Assembly (NCBI GenBank): GCA_038320275.1
Contig: JBBQEB010000121.1
Location: 1 to 11,982 of the forward strand
Length of the DNA stretch: 11,982 nt
Source of the DNA: Myxococcales bacterium
Lineage (GTDB): Bacteria; Myxococcota; Myxococcia; Myxococcales; Anaeromyxobacteraceae
Direction of reading: 5' to 3'
The notes beneath the pieces are model-generated. The model was not told the DNA's origin, searched no databases, and worked only from the letters and a program-made list of their open reading frames with translations. The position numbers and the translations under genes were made by a program. Shown one piece after another: positions 8,385 to 11,982 of the stretch. Each line of letters starts with the position of its first letter. The first letter of the stretch is position 1.

Positions 8385-9619
8385 CGCGCGAGCGCCAGGC
8401 GGAGCGCGTTCAGCGCGTCATAGGCGGCCGTCTTGCGGACGCGCTCGCGGTCGCCGGGACGCTTCCGCATCCAGGCGGTCGTGCCGGCCGGGCCGGCGAG
8501 GGCGAGGTGCACCGTGCCCACCGGCTTCTCCGGCGTGCCGCCGCCCGGGCCGGCGACGCCGGTGATGCCGAGGCCCCAGGCCGCCGAGGCGCGCCGACGT
8601 GCGCCCTCCGCCATGGCGCGGGCCACCTCCTCGGAGACCGCGCCGCGCGAGGCCAGCAGTTCCTCGGGGACCTCCAGCACGGTCGACTTCATCCCGTTGG
8701 CGTAGGCGACGATCCCCAGGTCGAACACCTGCGAGGCGCCGTCCACTCCGGTGAGAAGCTGGGCCACGAGCCCACCGGTGCAGCTCTCCGCGAGCGCGAC
8801 CCGCTCCCCCCGCGCGCGCAGACGCTCCACCACCAGGCGCGGCAGCTCCTCCTTGCCCTCCGCGAAGATGGCGTCGCCGAAGATGCGCCGCACGTCCTCG
8901 AGGATCGCATCCGCGCGCGCGGATGCGTCCGGCCCCGGCACGCTCCACTTCACGTGGATCTCGGGCCAGTGCGCCCGGTAGCCGAAGCGCACGCCAGCGT
9001 TCTCGGCCGCGTCCATCACCGGGCGCATGGCCTGGTCGGCGTGGGACTCGGGGATCCCGATGAGCTTCACCAGCCGCGCCGCCGGCACCGCTCCGGCGCG
9101 CTCGGCCAGGCGCGGGAGCACCGCCTCGTCGCAGAGCCCCTTGTACTCGAGCGGCACGCCGGGGAGGCACGTGAGCTCGCACCGGCCCAGCACCACCTGG
9201 AAACCCGGCGCGGTACCCCAGCGGTTGGGCAGGACGGTCGCCCCTCGAGGGAAGCGGGCCTGCTTGGCGTTGTTGGGCGTCATGGTGCGCCCGAACTTCT
9301 CGAAGCGCGCCCGGATGGCCGCGAGGGACGCTTCGTGCAGCTCGAGAGGCACGCCGAGCGCCTCGGCCACGCACTCCGCGGTGAGGTCGTCCTCGGTCGG
9401 GCCCAGCCCGCCGCTCATCACCACGAGGTCGGAGCGCCCGGTGGTCTCCCGGAGCGCGGCGACGAGGTCCGCGCGGTCGTCGCTGACCAGGGTCTTCCTC
9501 CTGACCATGATCCCGAGGTCCCACAGGCGGTCCATGAGCCAGACACTGTTGGTGTCGGTCACCTGGCCGGTGAGGAGCTCGTCGCCCGTGGACAGGATCT
9601 CGACGTCGAGCGCTCTCAC
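8381..9619 (-). CDS. cinA: CinA: molybdopterin-binding-like (COG1058) domain fused to NMN deamidase PncC domain (412 aa)
   Basis: GDELLTGQVTDTNS, SGGLGPTEDDLT and LPGVP in the N-terminal domain. AESCTGG, YANGMK, GAVS and GITGVAGPGGG..KPVGTV in the C-terminal domain. Real start is GTG 9619 overlapping the pgpA stop (GTGA) with GGAG upstream; the 850-aa ORF call is over-extended. Confidence 0.95.
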   Translation of the reverse strand: MRALDVEILSTGDELLTGQVTDTNSVWLMDRLWDLGIMVRRKTLVSDDRADLVAALRETTGRSDLVVMSGGLGPTEDDLTAECVAEALGVPLELHEASLAAIRARFEKFGRTMTPNNAKQARFPRGATVLPNRWGTAPGFQVVLGRCELTCLPGVPLEYKGLCDEAVLPRLAERAGAVPAARLVKLIGIPESHADQAMRPVMDAAENAGVRFGYRAHWPEIHVKWSVPGPDASARADAILEDVRRIFGDAIFAEGKEELPRLVVERLRARGERVALAESCTGGLVAQLLTGVDGASQVFDLGIVAYANGMKSTVLEVPEELLASRGAVSEEVARAMAEGARRRASAAWGLGITGVAGPGGGTPEKPVGTVHLALAGPAGTTAWMRKRPGDRERVRKTAAYDALNALRLALAR

Positions 9620-10164
9620 GGGGTGAGCTCCATGCACCACCAGCGCCCGCCCCCGCAGCCCGCCAGGATGCGGAGCGCGAGCCGGAGGAACTCCACCGCC
9701 CCCCATGCCCAGACGCCGGCCGCCACGTCGTCCAGCACCACGCCGAAGGGATTCTTCACCCGGTCGAAGGCGCTCGCCGGCCAGGGCTTCATCACGTCGA
9801 AGAGCCGGAAGAAGAGGAAGCCGGCGATCGCCGTCCCCCACGACCAGGGGAGGAGCGCCATGGTGACGAGGTACCCCGCCACCTCGTCGATGACGATGGG
9901 TGAAGCATCGACCACGCCCCAGTAGCGTCCGGCCGCGCCGGCGGCGAACACCGCGACGGCCACGAAGGCCAGGAGCGTCAGGAGGTAGAGCCCGAGCGGC
10001 AGATCGCGAAGAGCCCAGAAGAGCGGGATGGCACCCAGCGTGCCGAAGGTGCCGGGAGCGATGGGCGCGAAGCCGCAGGGCCCCCAGGCGGCCAGCACCA
10101 CCCACGGTCCGGGCGGCCCGGTGGGCTTTCCCTTCTTCAGGGTGAACCTCGAGGCGAGCGGCAC
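9616..10164 (-). CDS. pgpA: Phosphatidylglycerophosphatase A
   Basis: APGTFGT, IVIDEVAG, FRLFDVMKPWP, GVVLDDVAAG. Starts 3 nt after the pssA stop. Confidence 0.93.
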   Translation of the reverse strand: MPLASRFTLKKGKPTGPPGPWVVLAAWGPCGFAPIAPGTFGTLGAIPLFWALRDLPLGLYLLTLLAFVAVAVFAAGAAGRYWGVVDASPIVIDEVAGYLVTMALLPWSWGTAIAGFLFFRLFDVMKPWPASAFDRVKNPFGVVLDDVAAGVWAWGAVEFLRLALRILAGCGGGRWWCMELTP

Positions 10165-10167
10165 CGC

Positions 10168-11022
10168 CTAGATGTACTCGTCCCCCTCGCGCTTCGCCTC
10201 CAGGTCGGAGTCCTCGGCCTCCAGCGCGGCGTCGGCCTCCAGCTCGGCGCGGACGGCGGGCGGCAGCGAGGCGGTGGCCGGCTCGGAGCGCCCCAGCGAG
10301 AGCAGCCACTCGGCGAGCCCCAGCGCGATGTAGACGCCCATGTACGCGACCATCACGAACGCGGCGCGGGTGGCCATGCCGACCGCCAGCCCCCCCACGC
10401 AGAGGAACGCGAAGACGGTGAGGCTGGTGCGGGAGAAGTGCGCGTCCTTGAACGTGCGGTAGCGGATGGTGGACACCATCAGGAACGAGAGCAGGGCCAC
10501 CACGATGGCGACGGCGAGGCGGGTGGAGGCGTCGGCGAACGAGCCGAAGGCGCGGTAGTGCGCGATGACGAGGGAGACGATGGCCCCGGCGCCGAGCGGG
10601 ATGGGCAGCCCCACGAAGAAGCGCGAGGAGCCCTTGTCGCCGCGGTGCGCGAGCACGTTGAAGCGGGCCAGGCGCAAGGCGCCGCAGGCCGCGAACGCGA
10701 AGGAGAGGAAGAAGCCGAGGAAGCCGAGCGGAGCCAGGGCCCACTTGTAGACGAGCAGGGCGGGAGCCGCGCCGAAGGAGACGACGTCGGCCAGGCTGTC
10801 GAGCTCCACGCCGAAGTCCGACTGCGTCTTCGTCATTCGGGCCACGCGGCCATCGAAGGCGTCGAAGAAGATGGCGAAGAAAATGGAGAGCGCGGCCTGG
10901 TTGAGCTGAGCGGGCGAGGCGTCGCCAGCGCACAGCGTCATCGCGTAGAAGCCGAGGAAGATCGAGCTGCAGGTGAAGAGGTTCGGCAGCACGAACATCG
11001 CCTTGCGAAGGTTGATCTGCAT
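10168..11022 (-). CDS. pssA: CDP-diacylglycerol--serine O-phosphatidyltransferase (type II, 284 aa)
   Basis: LPNLFT, CDP-alcohol phosphotransferase motif DAFDGRVAR..FGVELDSLADVVSFGAAPA, ALRLARFNV, FVGLPIP and LMVSTIRY. ATG 11022 is preceded by GGAGG. Confidence 0.93.
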   Translation of the reverse strand: MQINLRKAMFVLPNLFTCSSIFLGFYAMTLCAGDASPAQLNQAALSIFFAIFFDAFDGRVARMTKTQSDFGVELDSLADVVSFGAAPALLVYKWALAPLGFLGFFLSFAFAACGALRLARFNVLAHRGDKGSSRFFVGLPIPLGAGAIVSLVIAHYRAFGSFADASTRLAVAIVVALLSFLMVSTIRYRTFKDAHFSRTSLTVFAFLCVGGLAVGMATRAAFVMVAYMGVYIALGLAEWLLSLGRSEPATASLPPAVRAELEADAALEAEDSDLEAKREGDEYI

Positions 11023-11062
11023 CCTGTAGGCAACCTCCGCACGGGGCCGGCAGCGCGGCGCG

Positions 11063-11091
11063 AGGCTGTCATGCGCCGAGCCCGTTGTCGA
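11063..11091 (-). promoter_or_regulatory. Putative sigma70-type promoter of the pssA-pgpA-cinA operon
   Basis: Minus strand TCGACA (11091-11086), 17-nt spacer ending TGA (extended -10 TGn), then CAGCCT (11068-11063), about 40 nt upstream of the pssA ATG. Confidence 0.4.
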
Positions 11092-11132
11092 GGGGCCCAA
11101 GGCCCGGCGCGCTCGGCGTGGATCACCACACC

Positions 11133-11244
11133 CTCGACCTTCCACCGCGACGTCGAGCGCGACCGCGACCTCCGACTGCGACGCCCGACCCCGACTCCGA
11201 CCGCGGCCTCGACGTCGACCCCGGACCGCGGCGGCGACCCCGGC
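11133..11244. repeat. Degenerate tandem hexamer array, consensus NNCGAC, about 18 units
   Basis: ctcgac cttccac cgcgac gtcgag cgcgac cgcgac ctccgac tgcgac gcccgac cccgac tccgac cgcggc ctcgac gtcgac cccggac cgcggc ggcgac cccggc. Confidence 0.8.
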
Positions 11245-11269
11245 CCCCGCGCTCCCGGCTCGCGCCCTT

Positions 11270-11982
11270 CTACTTCGAGGCCCGGGGCGCGCACGGCTCC
11301 CGCCCTGCTTCGCCCGCGCCCAGCCGAATGCGAGCGCCGCTCTCGCACTCCACGACGAAGGTGGGATCCACGTGCCACTGGCTCGCGCGCACCTCGGCGA
11401 TGGCGCCACCCGCGGCGGTGATCCCGGGGCCGTGCCCGGAGCACCGGACGCCGTCGAGCTCCGCGCGCGCCCCGTCCAGCAGCGCGATGCAGCCCGACAG
11501 CCCGCCCTCCACCTCGACGCCCCGGAGTCGCAGCCGTGCGCCCGGGCTCGCGGCGGAGGCCCCGCTGGCGCCGCAGCGCAAGAGCTCGCTCGCGACGAGC
11601 TCCACCTCGCCTCCCGTGACCTCCACGCATCCAGAGGTCGCGCCGGCAGCGGCCCCGCCCACCGTCAGGGCCGCCCCCCGAACGCGGCCGCCGCTCACCG
11701 CCAGGCCCATCGGGCCGGGCAAGGCGAGCACGACATCCTCCAGCGTGAGCTCCCCGCCCGCGACGCTGACCGCCGCTTCGCGGGCCGGACCCCTGACCAC
11801 CGAGCGCTGGAGCGACGCCTTCCCGCGCAGGAGGAGCAGGCCCGCGCGTCCGCCGCGCAGCTCGCCGCGGTCGATCTCGACCGTGCCTCCCGACACGCGG
11901 AGCGCCTGGGCGCCGCCGCGGAGAGAGACCTTGCGCGCGCGGAGCGTTCCACCCTCGACCGAGGCTGCGCAGGCCGCGCCCG
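11270..11982 (-). CDS. 3' part of a hypothetical protein with right-handed beta-helix (pectin-lyase-like) repeats; 5' end lies beyond the window
   Basis: The frame stays open from TAG 11270 to the window edge (..AASVEGGTLRARKVSLRGGAQALRVSGGTVEIDRGELRGGRAGLLLLRG..). Recurring ~21-25 aa pattern of the form V-x-GG-x-(V/L)-x-L-x-x-x-x-(L/V)-x-G. Confidence 0.65.
   Translation of the reverse strand, partial: GAACAASVEGGTLRARKVSLRGGAQALRVSGGTVEIDRGELRGGRAGLLLLRGKASLQRSVVRGPAREAAVSVAGGELTLEDVVLALPGPMGLAVSGGRVRGAALTVGGAAAGATSGCVEVTGGEVELVASELLRCGASGASAASPGARLRLRGVEVEGGLSGCIALLDGARAELDGVRCSGHGPGITAAGGAIAEVRASQWHVDPTFVVECESGARIRLGAGEAGREPCAPRASK

Noticed and set aside
9620..10933. Apparent 850-aa CinA fusion protein
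   Set aside because: The extra ~440 codons are an Arg-rich alternate frame over pgpA and pssA. CinA homology starts at GTG 9619.
11023..11409. N-terminal extension of PssA (413-aa call) and ORF 10938..11630
   Set aside because: These run through the hexamer array and overlap the upstream gene. An SD plus ATG at 11022 gives a normal-length PssA.

Overview
Very GC-rich bacterial chromosomal region. Gene content and the RecA type suggest Myxococcota, possibly Anaeromyxobacter-like (inference). On the + strand, comM/yifB is followed 64 bp later by a recA resembling the myxobacterial second paralogue (RecA1 type), with a sigma54-like -24/-12 motif in front. A ~150-bp multi-hairpin element bounded by 9-bp direct repeats separates recA from a convergent ~1,044-aa outer-membrane protein: signal peptide, HExxH metallopeptidase, TolB/PD40-like propeller and Omp85-type barrel, with no evident POTRA. 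Next are a DUF1285-like gene and a divergent hypothetical gene, then a tightly coupled minus-strand operon pssA-pgpA-cinA-(GT-C-like membrane protein). A degenerate NNCGAC hexamer array and the 3' part of a beta-helix-like protein gene end the window. No tRNA, rRNA, CRISPR array or transposase was seen. Most long ORFs in the track are high-GC shadow frames.
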